Source of the DNA: an uncultured archaeon
GTDB taxonomy: Archaea; Asgardarchaeota; Jordiarchaeia; Jordiarchaeales; Jordiarchaeaceae
Direction: 5' to 3'
Assembly (NCBI GenBank): GCA_964510585.1
Contig: CAZECW010000140.1
Location: 7,814 to 39,813, forward strand
Length of the DNA stretch: 32,000 nt
A model generated the notes under the pieces. The model made no database searches and was not told where the DNA came from. It saw only the letters and a program-made list of their open reading frames with translations. The first letter of the stretch is position 1. Every line of letters starts with the position of its first letter. This document shows positions 8,893 to 18,970 of this stretch, one piece after another. A program made the position numbers and the translations under genes.

Positions 8893-9577
8893 ATGGGGTA
8901 GACCCTATTTGGTTATCGTAAGGAGTAGCTTTTTTGGTGATTCTAACATAGGCGTTTTTATATTGGCCACTGAAAGATATGTTATTTTACCCAAAGTTAG
9001 GAGGATGGCCAACAAGAGTCTTATTGAGAGAACTCTAGATGTGGAGGTTGTGGAGGCGAGTATAGGTGAGAGCTTTATTATTGGGGTTTTAGCTGCGGGA
9101 AATTCTAAGGGTTTGATAGTTCCAGAGTTTACAACCGATGAGGAGATTGAAATTATTAGGCGTCAATTGGATATTAACATAGATAGGGTTCCCGGTAAGA
9201 TAAATGCCTTGGGTAACACTGTTCTTGTTAATGATAGCGCCGCCTTAGTTCATCCCGGGTTTAGCGATGAAGCCATAAAGATTATAAAGAAAAACTTGGA
9301 AGTTGATGTTTACCGTGGAAGTATAGCTGGCTCGCCCTTAGTTGGTTCCATAGCAGTTGCAACTAATAGTGGAGTTTTGGCGCATCCTTTAACGGATGAT
9401 AAAACTTTAGAGTGGCTAAGCGATAAATTCAAAACTCCTGTGGGTATAGGGACAGTTAACTGTGGTAACCCGTATATAAAAGTTGGTCTAGTAGCCAACA
9501 CAAAGGGAGCTATAGTGGGTAAAGAAACCACAGGTCCTGAAATGTTTCAGATAGGGCAGACCCTAAATCTTGAATAG
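8864..9577 (+). CDS. translation initiation factor 6 (aIF6)
   Basis: FFGDSNIGVFILATERYVILP...NALGNTVLVNDSAALVHPGF...GTVNCGNPYIKVGLVANTKGAIVG. True start probably downstream of 8864. Confidence 0.94.
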   Translation: MKYLLLLRNEWGRPYLVIVRSSFFGDSNIGVFILATERYVILPKVRRMANKSLIERTLDVEVVEASIGESFIIGVLAAGNSKGLIVPEFTTDEEIEIIRRQLDINIDRVPGKINALGNTVLVNDSAALVHPGFSDEAIKIIKKNLEVDVYRGSIAGSPLVGSIAVATNSGVLAHPLTDDKTLEWLSDKFKTPVGIGTVNCGNPYIKVGLVANTKGAIVGKETTGPEMFQIGQTLNLE

Positions 9578-9587
9578 AGTTGGAGAG

Positions 9588-9845
9588 ATGAATATGTCTA
9601 AAGATTCTGTGAGTGTGAAGATATTCAGAGTAAAGGGAAGGTTTAAGGGTAAAAACGAGGAATTTAAATTTGTTAGAGAAATCAGAGCATTGAGCGAGGA
9701 AGAGGCAAAAGAGATCATATATTCGACAATTGGGAGTAACCACAAAGTAAAGAGGCACCACATTAAATTTGACGAGATAACAGTTATAAGCCCAAACAAA
9801 GCCAGTGACCCAACTATAAGATACCTCTCAAATTTGGAGACGTGA
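9588..9845 (+). CDS. 50S ribosomal protein L18Ae (LX/L20a)
   Basis: VKIFRVKGRF...FKFVREIRALSEEEAKEIIYSTIGSNHKVKRHHIKFDEI. Confidence 0.87.
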   Translation: MNMSKDSVSVKIFRVKGRFKGKNEEFKFVREIRALSEEEAKEIIYSTIGSNHKVKRHHIKFDEITVISPNKASDPTIRYLSNLET

Positions 9846-9849
9846 AGAT

Positions 9850-10272
9850 ATGTCAGAAGATGAACGTAATTTGGAAAGAATTATTGCAGAATTGAATGCT
9901 TATGAGCAGCAGGCACGTATTTTGCAAAGGAGAATAGATTTGATAAATGCTTCGTTGCAAGAAATAGCTTTAACTACAGAGTCCCTAGACGAACTCAAAA
10001 ACGTTACTGAGGATAATGAGGTTCTTATGCCTTTAGGATCGGGTGTATATGTAAGGGCGAAGATAATTGATATGAAAAAAGTGATAACAACCATCGGCGC
10101 AGATGTGGCTGTGGATAAGGATATCACGGGAGCGCAGCTCAGCCTAGATCAGAGATCTATGGCTCTTCAAAACGCGCTGCAAGCTACAGGGCAACAATTG
10201 CAAGAGATAGCGAACAAAATTAATGAGTTAAACAGAAAAGCACAGATTCTCGTTGCTAAAATTAGAGGCTGA
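9850..10272 (+). CDS. pfdA: prefoldin subunit alpha
   Basis: Two coiled coils flanking VLMPLGSGVYVRAKIIDMKKVITTIGADVAVDKD. Confidence 0.9.
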   Translation: MSEDERNLERIIAELNAYEQQARILQRRIDLINASLQEIALTTESLDELKNVTEDNEVLMPLGSGVYVRAKIIDMKKVITTIGADVAVDKDITGAQLSLDQRSMALQNALQATGQQLQEIANKINELNRKAQILVAKIRG

Positions 10273-10347
10273 ATATTTTTATTTTAAAAATACTTTTAAA
10301 CTAATTTTTAGAAATTTCACTAATCATGTATCTATGGTGGATTATTA

Positions 10348-11256
10348 GTGTTCGAAAAATTAAAGACCAGTTTGGGTAAAGTGGTTGAAAAACTGAGTAC
10401 AAAGGAGTTAAGCGAGAAGAGCTTGGATGAAGTTTTGTGGGACTTACAGCTGACACTTATACAGAACGATGTATCGGTAAAGGTTGCAGAATTAATTGCA
10501 AACGACATAAAAAAGGAATTAATGGGAGAGAGAGTTGGCAGGTTCGAGAACCCCCATGAGAAGGTAAATGATGCTTTAAGAAAGGCAATCTATAAGGTTC
10601 TCAGCGGAGGACATGATATTGATATTTTCAGTATGGCAAAGGAGAAGAAATTAGAAAAAAAGCCACTTATAATAATTTTTGTGGGGATAAACGGTACCGG
10701 AAAGACCACAACTTTAGCTAAACTGGCTTACGCCTTTCAGAAAAAAGGGTTCAGCTGTGTTTTAGCTGCTTCAGATACTTATAGAGCAGGTAGTATTGAA
10801 CAAATAGAGAAACATGCCAAAAATCTAGGTGTTAGAGTGATAAAACACAAGTATCATTCAGACGCCGCAGCAGTAGCATTCGATGCTGTTAAACACGCCG
10901 AGGCGCGAGGCATAAATGTTGTTTTAATAGACACCGCTGGCAGAATACAAACCAACGTAAACCTCTTAGACGAGATGAAGAAGATCGTTCGCGTAATTAA
11001 TCCAGATCTAAAAATATTTGTCGGTGACGCTTTAACAGGAAACGATGCAGTTGAACAAGCGGAGAAGTTTAATGAAGCAATACAAATTGACGCGTCTATA
11101 CTTGCCAAAGTTGATGCAGATACAAAAGGAGGAGTTGCCCTTTCAATTGTTTATGCTACTAAAAAACCCATAATCTTTGTTGGAGTAGGTCAAGATTATA
11201 AGGATTTGGAACCATTTAATCCAGAATGGTTTACAGAAAAAATTCTAGGGAATTAG
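10348..11256 (+). CDS. ftsY: signal recognition particle receptor FtsY
   Basis: NG domain: GINGTGKTTTLAKLA, DTYRAGSIEQ, DTAGR, AKVDADTKGG, FVGVGQDYKDLEPF. Confidence 0.95.
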   Translation: MFEKLKTSLGKVVEKLSTKELSEKSLDEVLWDLQLTLIQNDVSVKVAELIANDIKKELMGERVGRFENPHEKVNDALRKAIYKVLSGGHDIDIFSMAKEKKLEKKPLIIIFVGINGTGKTTTLAKLAYAFQKKGFSCVLAASDTYRAGSIEQIEKHAKNLGVRVIKHKYHSDAAAVAFDAVKHAEARGINVVLIDTAGRIQTNVNLLDEMKKIVRVINPDLKIFVGDALTGNDAVEQAEKFNEAIQIDASILAKVDADTKGGVALSIVYATKKPIIFVGVGQDYKDLEPFNPEWFTEKILGN

Positions 11257-11267
11257 GAGGAAAATCT

Positions 11268-12179
11268 TTGGTTAGACATTTTCTCACTTTAGATGACTTC
11301 TCTTCCGAAGAGATACATAAACTTATAGCTACTGCAGAAAAGGTGAAGTCGGGAAATCTGAAGTCTCAAGTTCTCAGAGGAAAAAACATTGCTGCAATAT
11401 TTGAAAAGCCTTCAACTAGAACACGTGTTTCATTTGAGGTGGCGGTGAACCAGCTTGGGGGAAACTTCATTTTTCTGAGAGGAGACGAACTGCAACTCAG
11501 TAGGGGCGAACCTGTCAGGGACACAGCCAGAGTTTTAGGAAGATATGTGGATGGCATAGTTGCAAGAGTCTACGAACATAACGATTTGGTGGAACTCGCA
11601 AGGTACTCAGGCGTACCGGTAATAAATGCGCTAAGCAATCTTTACCATCCTTGCCAAATACTAGCGGATATTCTTACCATTAAGGAAAAGAAGAAAAGGT
11701 TGGAAGGATTGAAACTAGCCTATATTGGCGATGGAAACAATGTTTGCAACTCCCTATTGATAGGCTGCACAAAAATTGGTTTAAATATTTGCGTTGGATC
11801 GCCTAAAAGATACGAGCCAAAAAAAGAGATTGTTGAAAAGGCTAAAAGTAATGCTAAAAAATCTGGGTCCCAAGTTGAAATAACTAACTCGCCCCAAGTG
11901 GCCGTAAAGGATGCAGACATAGTTTACACAGATGTATTTGTAAGTATGGGTGACGAAAAAGAAAGAGAAGAAAGATTGAAAACATTCATTCCAGATTTTC
12001 AGGTTAACGCCAAACTGCTAGAAAACGCTTCACCTGACGCTATAGTTATGCACTGCCTGCCAGCACACAGGGGACAAGAAATAACAGAAGAAGTCTTGGA
12101 AGGAAAACAATCGGTTGTTTGGGACCAAGCGGAAAACAGACTCCACGCACAAAAAGCCATTTTCATTCAACTGTTTTAA
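11268..12179 (+). CDS. argF: ornithine carbamoyltransferase
   Basis: STRTR, RYVDGIVAR, YHPCQILAD, MHCLPAHRGQEI motifs. Likely TTG start at 11268 (LVRHFLTLDDFSSEE). Confidence 0.95.
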   Translation: MVRHFLTLDDFSSEEIHKLIATAEKVKSGNLKSQVLRGKNIAAIFEKPSTRTRVSFEVAVNQLGGNFIFLRGDELQLSRGEPVRDTARVLGRYVDGIVARVYEHNDLVELARYSGVPVINALSNLYHPCQILADILTIKEKKKRLEGLKLAYIGDGNNVCNSLLIGCTKIGLNICVGSPKRYEPKKEIVEKAKSNAKKSGSQVEITNSPQVAVKDADIVYTDVFVSMGDEKEREERLKTFIPDFQVNAKLLENASPDAIVMHCLPAHRGQEITEEVLEGKQSVVWDQAENRLHAQKAIFIQLF

Positions 12180-12364
12180 AAACGTACATAAGCTGCGCTT
12201 CTTAGACAAAGAACGAAAACATGTTTTTATAGCAAATAAAGAAAAACAGAACAAGCGGGAGCAAAATTAATTAATTTCAGGTTACACATTCTTTAGAAGC
12301 GGAACTCACTGAAAGATATAAACCAAACTTATTTAGGAACGCCCGTAAAGGTCTGTGGTGTTGC

Positions 12365-13243
12365 TTGATTGGTGAAATAGCATCATTGTCGGCGGCGCTG
12401 TGCTGGGCCATTTCAGCGATACTTTATAAAAAATCCCTCGAGAAGGTAGATGCAATTTTAGCTAATTTTATAAGAACAATTCCAGCAGCAATATTCGTTT
12501 TTGTATTGGTGCTGCTTATAGGTGAATTCTGGAAGATCTCGTATCTTCCCTATTGGAGTTTGGTTTATTTAGTTTTAGGAACCTTCACGGGTCTGGGAAT
12601 CGGAGACGGATTATATTTTCTATCTCTGAAATATATTGGGGTAGGCCGCGCAGTTCCTATCACGAGCACATATCCACTCTTTACCGCAGTTTTCTCCATT
12701 ATTTTTTTGGAAGAAATTCCACAACTATTAACAATTATGGGTGTCATAATTATTGTCGTTGCAATTTGGCTTCTTAGCAAAAACAATTCCCAAAACTCCA
12801 CAAACACGAAAAACAATAAAAAAGGGTTTATACTAGCGGTAATAACTGCGATAACTTGGTCGATAGGAATCATTTTGTTAGATTTGGCATTAGAGGGTAT
12901 TAACTACTATTTAGCTAACGCCATCAGATTGCCTCTACTTGTAGGTATTTTAGCAGTAGTGATTCTATTATCGGGGAGAGGAAAAATACTTGTCAAAACA
13001 AGCCTCAGGGAATGGCTGATTCTGGGATTGGCAGGAGTAACAGCCATAGGAATAGGTGGGATAGCTTTTTTAGCGGGAATCTCACTTATAGGAGCAACAC
13101 GTTCTACAGCCATTTCTTCAGTTACTCCACTGTTCTCAACGGTGTTCTCGTTTTACATCATCAGGGAAAAAATTACGCTGCGAATAGCTGCGGGAGCAAT
13201 ATTAGCAACATTGGGGATAGTGCTATTAACACTTGCAAGGTAA
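12365..13243 (+). CDS. EamA/DMT-superfamily transporter
   Basis: Multi-pass membrane protein with two internally repeated EamA-like halves (IGVGRAVPITSTYPLFTAVFSIIFLEE; IGATRSTAISSVTPLFSTVFSFYIIRE). Confidence 0.9.
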   Translation: MIGEIASLSAALCWAISAILYKKSLEKVDAILANFIRTIPAAIFVFVLVLLIGEFWKISYLPYWSLVYLVLGTFTGLGIGDGLYFLSLKYIGVGRAVPITSTYPLFTAVFSIIFLEEIPQLLTIMGVIIIVVAIWLLSKNNSQNSTNTKNNKKGFILAVITAITWSIGIILLDLALEGINYYLANAIRLPLLVGILAVVILLSGRGKILVKTSLREWLILGLAGVTAIGIGGIAFLAGISLIGATRSTAISSVTPLFSTVFSFYIIREKITLRIAAGAILATLGIVLLTLAR

Positions 13244-13289
13244 CATAGCCCACAGTTAAAGAAATTTTTTAACTTCCAAAATAGTCATT

Positions 13290-14141
13290 CTAAATAGTGG
13301 GTATGTCCTTTGTTTTCAAGACTTCTATTTTGTTATTTTCTGCGAATTCAATTATTTTTGTTCTTTCCTCTGATTTCATGCCTTTCCAATCTATAATGAA
13401 AAATTTCAATTCTCCAACAGTTCTATCAACTATCTGTTTTAGCATATATTCATCGAGAAGAGGGGTATAATACTTTGAGGCTATGTGCCCCACGGCGAAT
13501 TCAGTAACGAGATTAATTTGAGAGAATTTTGGAGCGTAGTGTCCGCCACCAAAACCCGCCGCTATACTCCAATCTCTATCCGGACTTTGCAGAACACTAA
13601 TTATTGTTTCAGCTACGACCGCCCCCGCAATCTCATTTCTCCACTGTTTTTCAGAGCTCCCTATTTCGATAAAAAATGAGGGACATAAAACCGTAGGGCC
13701 ATGGTGAGTCTGTTCTTGGGAAACCTCAAAATCTAATCCCAAATCACTTTTCATTTCATAGAGTTTTAAAAGGGCAGATTTCAGATGAAAAGGAGGGGCT
13801 ACCGATAAGGTTCTAGGCGACCCACCATATTCCGCTTCGCCAAAGTTACCTGAGACGTGCACAGTTAAGGTTGGTTCTCCAGTGACACTAGTATGTCTGC
13901 TTGCAAAAATTATGAGTTCGGGAGTATAAATTTTTTCTAAATTTTCGCAGTATAGAATTTCTTCCCAACGATGCACTAAAACCACTTTTGCCCTGCTGGT
14001 TTTTCCTATCCATCTTCTATGTTCACCTTTCTCTGCTTCAACTTCAACAAAATCGAATCTCTCCCTCAGTCTCTCAGAAATATTCATTCCCGCTACATCC
14101 CTGATAGAACTAACAATGAGTATCAATTGATATTCCACCAA
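13290..14141 (-). CDS. dtdA: D-aminoacyl-tRNA deacylase, archaeal type
   Basis: ELIIFASRHTSVTGEPTLTVHVSGNFGEAEYGG...EQTHHGPTVLCPSFFIEIGSSEKQW...GGGHYAPKF. Confidence 0.92.
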   Translation of the reverse strand: MVEYQLILIVSSIRDVAGMNISERLRERFDFVEVEAEKGEHRRWIGKTSRAKVVLVHRWEEILYCENLEKIYTPELIIFASRHTSVTGEPTLTVHVSGNFGEAEYGGSPRTLSVAPPFHLKSALLKLYEMKSDLGLDFEVSQEQTHHGPTVLCPSFFIEIGSSEKQWRNEIAGAVVAETIISVLQSPDRDWSIAAGFGGGHYAPKFSQINLVTEFAVGHIASKYYTPLLDEYMLKQIVDRTVGELKFFIIDWKGMKSEERTKIIEFAENNKIEVLKTKDIPTI

Positions 14142-14250
14142 ATAAGTTCACACCCGATTATGTGCTGGGGATTACCAGAACAATATGTTAGTAATACTTG
14201 AATATTATTAAGTTTTTATTTTTGAGTTATGAATTTTTAGCGTGTAGAGA

Positions 14251-15315
14251 GTGAGTGATATGAACTCGATTTCTGAGGCAACAACTAACGAACAGTGCTA
14301 TAAAGAATTATTTAATTCTAAGACTGTTGACCAGCAACTTTCCGCTATACTTAACAAAGCTAAAGCAAAAGTTCAAGTTTTTGGTGTAGGAGGGGCGGGC
14401 AATAATGCAGTCACCAGGCTGACTAAGTGTAAAGTTGAAGGCATTGAAACTATTGCGGTAAATACCGACGCGCAAGATTTACTCTATACAAACGCGGATT
14501 ACAAGTTATTGATAGGTAAAAAACTAACCGGAGGATTGGGAGCAGGTAATAATCCGGAAATAGGTATGGCGGCGGCCCAAGAAAGCTTGGAGGATATAAA
14601 GAAGGCTGTTTCGGCAGAAGTGATTTTTGTCACATGTGGGTTGGGAGGTGGAACAGGAACCGGGGCAGCACCCATAATCGCTGAAGTCGCCCGGAAATCA
14701 GGTGCACTCACAATCTCAATATGCTTCCTCCCCTTCCTAATAGAGGGCAAAAAGCGCTGGCAAAGTGCGGTGGAGGGACTGAAAAAACTGCACCGAGCCT
14801 CAGACACGGTAGTAATTATACCCAACGAAAAACTATTGGGAATAGCAGACAAGATTACCCTTACAGAAGCATTTAGTCTCGCAGACGAAGTTCTAATAAA
14901 GGGAGTCAATTCAATATCCGAACTAATCATAAAACCGGGTCTCGTAAATGTAGACCTTGCAGATATAAGAACAGTAGTCAAAGATAGTGGAGTTGCATTT
15001 ATTGGGGTTGGAGAATCAAGTGGTGGGGATAGGGCCTGCCAAGCAGTTGAAAAGGCTTTAGGAAACCCCCTACTAGATGTTGATGCCAAAGATGCCAGAG
15101 CAGCATTAATAAACATAACTGGCGATCAAAACCTAACAATCAGAGAAGCAGAATTAATAGTAAGAAAAGTATCAGAAAAAGTAAACCCTAACTCAGAAGT
15201 CATTTGGGGCGCTAACATAAATCCAAACCTAAAAGATACCCTACGTGTAGCAACAATTATCAGCGCTGTATCATTACCCTACATTGAGAAGCTAATCAAA
15301 GACATCGAAGTCTAA
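14251..15315 (+). CDS. ftsZ: cell division protein FtsZ
   Basis: GVGGAGNNAVTR, VNTDAQDL, tubulin signature GLGGGTGTGAAP, T7-loop-like NVDLADIR. Confidence 0.97.
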   Translation: MSDMNSISEATTNEQCYKELFNSKTVDQQLSAILNKAKAKVQVFGVGGAGNNAVTRLTKCKVEGIETIAVNTDAQDLLYTNADYKLLIGKKLTGGLGAGNNPEIGMAAAQESLEDIKKAVSAEVIFVTCGLGGGTGTGAAPIIAEVARKSGALTISICFLPFLIEGKKRWQSAVEGLKKLHRASDTVVIIPNEKLLGIADKITLTEAFSLADEVLIKGVNSISELIIKPGLVNVDLADIRTVVKDSGVAFIGVGESSGGDRACQAVEKALGNPLLDVDAKDARAALINITGDQNLTIREAELIVRKVSEKVNPNSEVIWGANINPNLKDTLRVATIISAVSLPYIEKLIKDIEV

Positions 15316-15528
15316 AAAAGCAAAACCTATCCAAAAGGTATATGGGAAGCCAGTAAAGGATGTGTGTTAGATTACTTTTTGTTTTATTCTAAAAACTTAA
15401 TTTTACTTCGAATATAAAGGCAGTTGGGGAAGCTATAAACTCAATTAAATTTAAAAGATACCAAGTTAACACCCTATTTAGCTAACATCACCCCAAAAGG
15501 GATATGAGCGGACATCGGAGGCCAGCAA

Positions 15529-15729
15529 ATGGATATAATTGGTTTTATCAGAAGATCCAGACGATTATTCAAACTCGCCAGATATCCTACCCGCAAAGAA
15601 ATGTGGGCCATAATCAGAGTCTGCATATTAGGCATCATCATAATAGGGGCACTAGCATTCGTAATCACCATGCTCTTCGTAAATGCCTTCCTCCCCATAA
15701 TCAGACCCAGCACAATAATATACATATGA
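15529..15729 (+). CDS. secE: preprotein translocase subunit SecE (Sec61 gamma)
   Basis: Small single-span protein (RLFKLARYPTRKEMWAIIRVCILGIIIIGALAFVITMLF) between ftsZ and nusG. Confidence 0.87.
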   Translation: MDIIGFIRRSRRLFKLARYPTRKEMWAIIRVCILGIIIIGALAFVITMLFVNAFLPIIRPSTIIYI

Positions 15730-15739
15730 GGGGAAAACA

Positions 15740-16261
15740 ATGGAAGAAAAAGGTTCTAAAAAGAAGGAAATTATGGATCAGAAAAAAGATTCTAGAAAAA
15801 CGAGCATATTTGCATTAAGAACCACAATTTCTCAAGAAAAAAGCGTAGCCGCATTAATAGAGAAGAGAGTGGAAGGCAACCCCTCAGCAAACATCAAAGC
15901 TATACTAGCACCCGAGTCTCTCAGCGGCTACCTATTCGTTGAGGCCCCCAGCCAGAGGGAGGTAAATAGAATAATTACCGGCATACCCCACGTAAGAGGA
16001 AAAGTGGTTGGGAAAATAAACATCGAAGAACTAGACGACTTCCTAATACCTAAACCCTCAATCGAGGGAATTAACAAAGGCGATATAGTAGAAATAGTAG
16101 GAGGCCCATTCAAAGGCGAAAAGGCTAAAGTGACAAGAATAGATACCGTCAAAGGAGAAGTGGTAATAGAACTAATAGAAGCTACTAACCCTATTCCCGT
16201 TAAAGTCAATGCAGATTATGTTAAGCTCGTGGAGAAGGGAGAGGCTGAAGGAGAAGGGTAG
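15740..16261 (+). CDS. spt5: transcription elongation factor Spt5 (archaeal NusG)
   Basis: NGN domain (FALRTTISQEKSVAALI...IPHVRGKVVG) plus KOW (GDIVEIVGGPFKGEKAKVTRID). Confidence 0.95.
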   Translation: MEEKGSKKKEIMDQKKDSRKTSIFALRTTISQEKSVAALIEKRVEGNPSANIKAILAPESLSGYLFVEAPSQREVNRIITGIPHVRGKVVGKINIEELDDFLIPKPSIEGINKGDIVEIVGGPFKGEKAKVTRIDTVKGEVVIELIEATNPIPVKVNADYVKLVEKGEAEGEG

Positions 16262-16362
16262 CTTAAAAACCCAGTCAGTTTTTCTCAACATTATTCTGGT
16301 AGAGGGTAGCAAGAACCCTTTTTGGTTAGGATGTATGTCTTTGTTTGATGGTAATTTATAAA

Positions 16363-16386
16363 GGGAAAAATTGAATTGTTTTTCCC
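16363..16386 (+). terminator. stem-loop followed by T-rich tract, possible terminator downstream of spt5
   Basis: GGGAAAAA (16363-16370) and TTTTTCCC (16379-16386) form an 8-bp stem. Confidence 0.35.
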
Positions 16387-16642
16387 GATTTTTCAGACTT
16401 ACTATGTGAGTCAGGCAGAATTTTTAGGTAACCCAGATAACAAAAAGCGGACCTGTTTTGCTGTACTATAGGTTTTTCGCAAAAAATTTTTAAACTTGGA
16501 AAATGATGTCTTCCGAAGGTAGATTACATTTAAAAGGTTAAGATATAGAGGGAAACCATAAATCACAATGAGGATTTCTATATAATAGTAAGCTGTTGTA
16601 AGATAGGTAGTACATTATTAATTATTTCATCGTATAAAGCTG

Positions 16643-17149
16643 TTGAAGAAGGATGCTGAAATGGTGCAAAAGGTTACTGTTCAAGCCCTTGTTGACGGTG
16701 GTAAAGCTTCAGCGGGGCCTCCCATTGGTCCAGCTCTAGGCCCTACTGGAGTTAATCTATATCAAGTTGTTCAGAAGATTAACGAGCTGACAGCGAAGTT
16801 TAAGGGTTTGAAGGTTCCTGTGACGATTATTGTAAATCCAGAGGATAAGAGTTTCGAGATTGAAGTGGGTTTGCCCCCGACTTCTGCTTTGATTCTTAGC
16901 GAGCTAGGTGTTGAAAAGGGTAGTAAGGATGCAAAGCAGAGTAAAGTTGGAAATCTGAGTTTGGATGCTATAGTTAGGATCGCTAAGATGAAGAGTGAGA
17001 AGCTTTTTGCAAATAGTCTGGAGGCTGCCGTACGTACAGTACTGGGCACTTGTTTGTCAATGGGTGTTACGGTTGAGGGTAAGAATCCTAAGGAGATACA
17101 GAAGGAAATTTTGGAAGGGAAATATAAGGAGTTACTATCACAAGCATAA
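16643..17149 (+). CDS. rpl11: 50S ribosomal protein L11
   Basis: VQALVDGGKASAGPPIGPALGPTGVN...LPPTSALIL...GTCLSMGVTVEGKNPKEIQ. ATG near 16652 also possible. Confidence 0.97.
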   Translation: MKKDAEMVQKVTVQALVDGGKASAGPPIGPALGPTGVNLYQVVQKINELTAKFKGLKVPVTIIVNPEDKSFEIEVGLPPTSALILSELGVEKGSKDAKQSKVGNLSLDAIVRIAKMKSEKLFANSLEAAVRTVLGTCLSMGVTVEGKNPKEIQKEILEGKYKELLSQA

Positions 17150-17248
17150 TTTTATTGCTTAATTATGGGTTAGCGATTTTTGGTTTCGTATGGTTGATTT
17201 GAAGGTTAAATATTGTTTTATGATTACCAATTATGGAAGGAATGTGTG

Positions 17249-17893
17249 ATGCCCCTAGATAGGAAGAAGATTATTGAGGCTATTAAGAAAGCTAAGGAAA
17301 AATCGAAGAAAAGAAATTTCGTGCAGTCAATAGAACTGGCTGTTAACTTGAAGGACATCGATTTGAAGAAGCCTGAAAACCGTTTGAACACAGAGTTAAC
17401 TCTTCCAAATGAAACTGGCAAAAACCCTAGAATTTGTGTTATTGCGGCAGGGGATCTTGCTGTTAGGGCAAAAGAGGCGGGGGTTTATGTGATAGACAAA
17501 GATGAACTAAACGATGTTGCGCGTACTAAGAAGAATGTGAAAAACCTTGCTCAACAATATGATTTCTTTGTTGCCCGTGCAGACCTTATGCCCCAAGTAG
17601 GTAAAACACTTGGTCCTGTGCTTGGTCCGAGGGGAAAGATGCCGAAACCGATTCCCCCCAATGCAGATATTGGCGCAGTTCTTGATCAGTACAAGAGGAG
17701 CGTGCGTCTCAGAATCAAAGATAACCCAGTAGTACATTTGAAGGTGGGCTCTGAAAATATGGAGGAAGACAAGATCGCGGATAATGTCCAGAGCGTTATT
17801 AACTTTTTAGAGGGTAAATTTGAAAAGGGTCCAAGGAATATTAAGTCAGTCTATCTGAAAACTACCATGGGCCCGGCGGTAAAAATAGAGTAA
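17249..17893 (+). CDS. rpl1: 50S ribosomal protein L1
   Basis: MPLDRKKIIEAIKKAKE...KTLGPVLGPRGKMPKPIPPNADI...IKSVYLKTTMGPAVKI. Confidence 0.97.
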   Translation: MPLDRKKIIEAIKKAKEKSKKRNFVQSIELAVNLKDIDLKKPENRLNTELTLPNETGKNPRICVIAAGDLAVRAKEAGVYVIDKDELNDVARTKKNVKNLAQQYDFFVARADLMPQVGKTLGPVLGPRGKMPKPIPPNADIGAVLDQYKRSVRLRIKDNPVVHLKVGSENMEEDKIADNVQSVINFLEGKFEKGPRNIKSVYLKTTMGPAVKIE

Positions 17894-17907
17894 AGGAAGC
17901 TTTAAAA

Positions 17908-18810
17908 ATGGCGGTAACAGCTAGAGGAAGACCTGTACCAGAGTACAAGGTCGAAAGGAAGGAAAGAATAAAAGAGTTACTGGAAAAGTACCAAGTTATT
18001 GGGCTAACTAGTATGGAAGGAATGGGTGCGAGGCAGCTTCAGGGTCTAAGAAAGAAATTAAAGGACACAGCAATCATAAAAGTAGATAAAAACACGCTTA
18101 TTGCACGCAGTCTTGTAGAAATTAAAGAAAAAAAGAAAAACGCTGATAAGCTAGCGGAATATGTGAAGGGGCCAGTGGCACTAATACTCACGAATATGAG
18201 CCCATTTAAATTAAGTAGAATTCTTGACAAAAGTAAGACTCGGACTGCTGCAAAGCCAGACACTGTAAGTCCAGTTGAAATTGTTGTGCCTGCAGGAAAT
18301 ACTGGTTTTCCACCAGGCCCTATTATTAGTGAGTTGGGGGAAGTAGGGCTCCCAACTCGTGTAGAATCAGGAACAATTTGGATAACAAAAGATACTGTTG
18401 TAGCAAAGCCGGGAGATTTCATTCCCAAGAAACTAGCCTTAGTTCTTAAAAGGCTTGGCATAGAACCCATTGAGGTAGGGTTAGACCTCCGCGTAGCTTA
18501 CGACGATGGTCTGATATTGACAAGCGATATCTTGTCTAAGAAGCCTGAAGAGTACTTGAAGGAAATTAAGGAAGCACACACTCAAGCATTGAATCTAGCA
18601 TTACACGCATCAATAGCAACGCCAGAAACAGTAATTATTATGCTGAGAAAAGCTTACATGGAAGCTTCAAATCTGGCGATGAATGCAGAGCTAGTTATTC
18701 CAGAGACTCTTCCAAACATAATAAGGAAAGCGGAAAGCCAAGCATTAAGCATAGCTATGAGATTATCAGCAAAGGATCCAAGTTTATCGGTATTAACTGA
18801 AAAAAGGTGA
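17908..18810 (+). CDS. rpl10: 50S ribosomal protein L10 (P0)
   Basis: GLTSMEGMGARQLQGLRKKLKDTAIIKVDKNTLIARSL...PAGNTGFPPGPIISELGEVGLPTRVESGTIWI. Confidence 0.96.
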   Translation: MAVTARGRPVPEYKVERKERIKELLEKYQVIGLTSMEGMGARQLQGLRKKLKDTAIIKVDKNTLIARSLVEIKEKKKNADKLAEYVKGPVALILTNMSPFKLSRILDKSKTRTAAKPDTVSPVEIVVPAGNTGFPPGPIISELGEVGLPTRVESGTIWITKDTVVAKPGDFIPKKLALVLKRLGIEPIEVGLDLRVAYDDGLILTSDILSKKPEEYLKEIKEAHTQALNLALHASIATPETVIIMLRKAYMEASNLAMNAELVIPETLPNIIRKAESQALSIAMRLSAKDPSLSVLTEKR

Positions 18811-18970
18811 AAGAAACAAAAATTTAAGGGAGAACTTAAAAAGCATCAAAAACATGAAACAAAAGCAAAAAGGGTGAATTCGCATCCTTAAGTTAATAAG
18901 AAGTGTTGTCATAAATAATATATTTAACAGCTTTTATAAATTCAATCCAAATTTATGATAAAAATATGAG

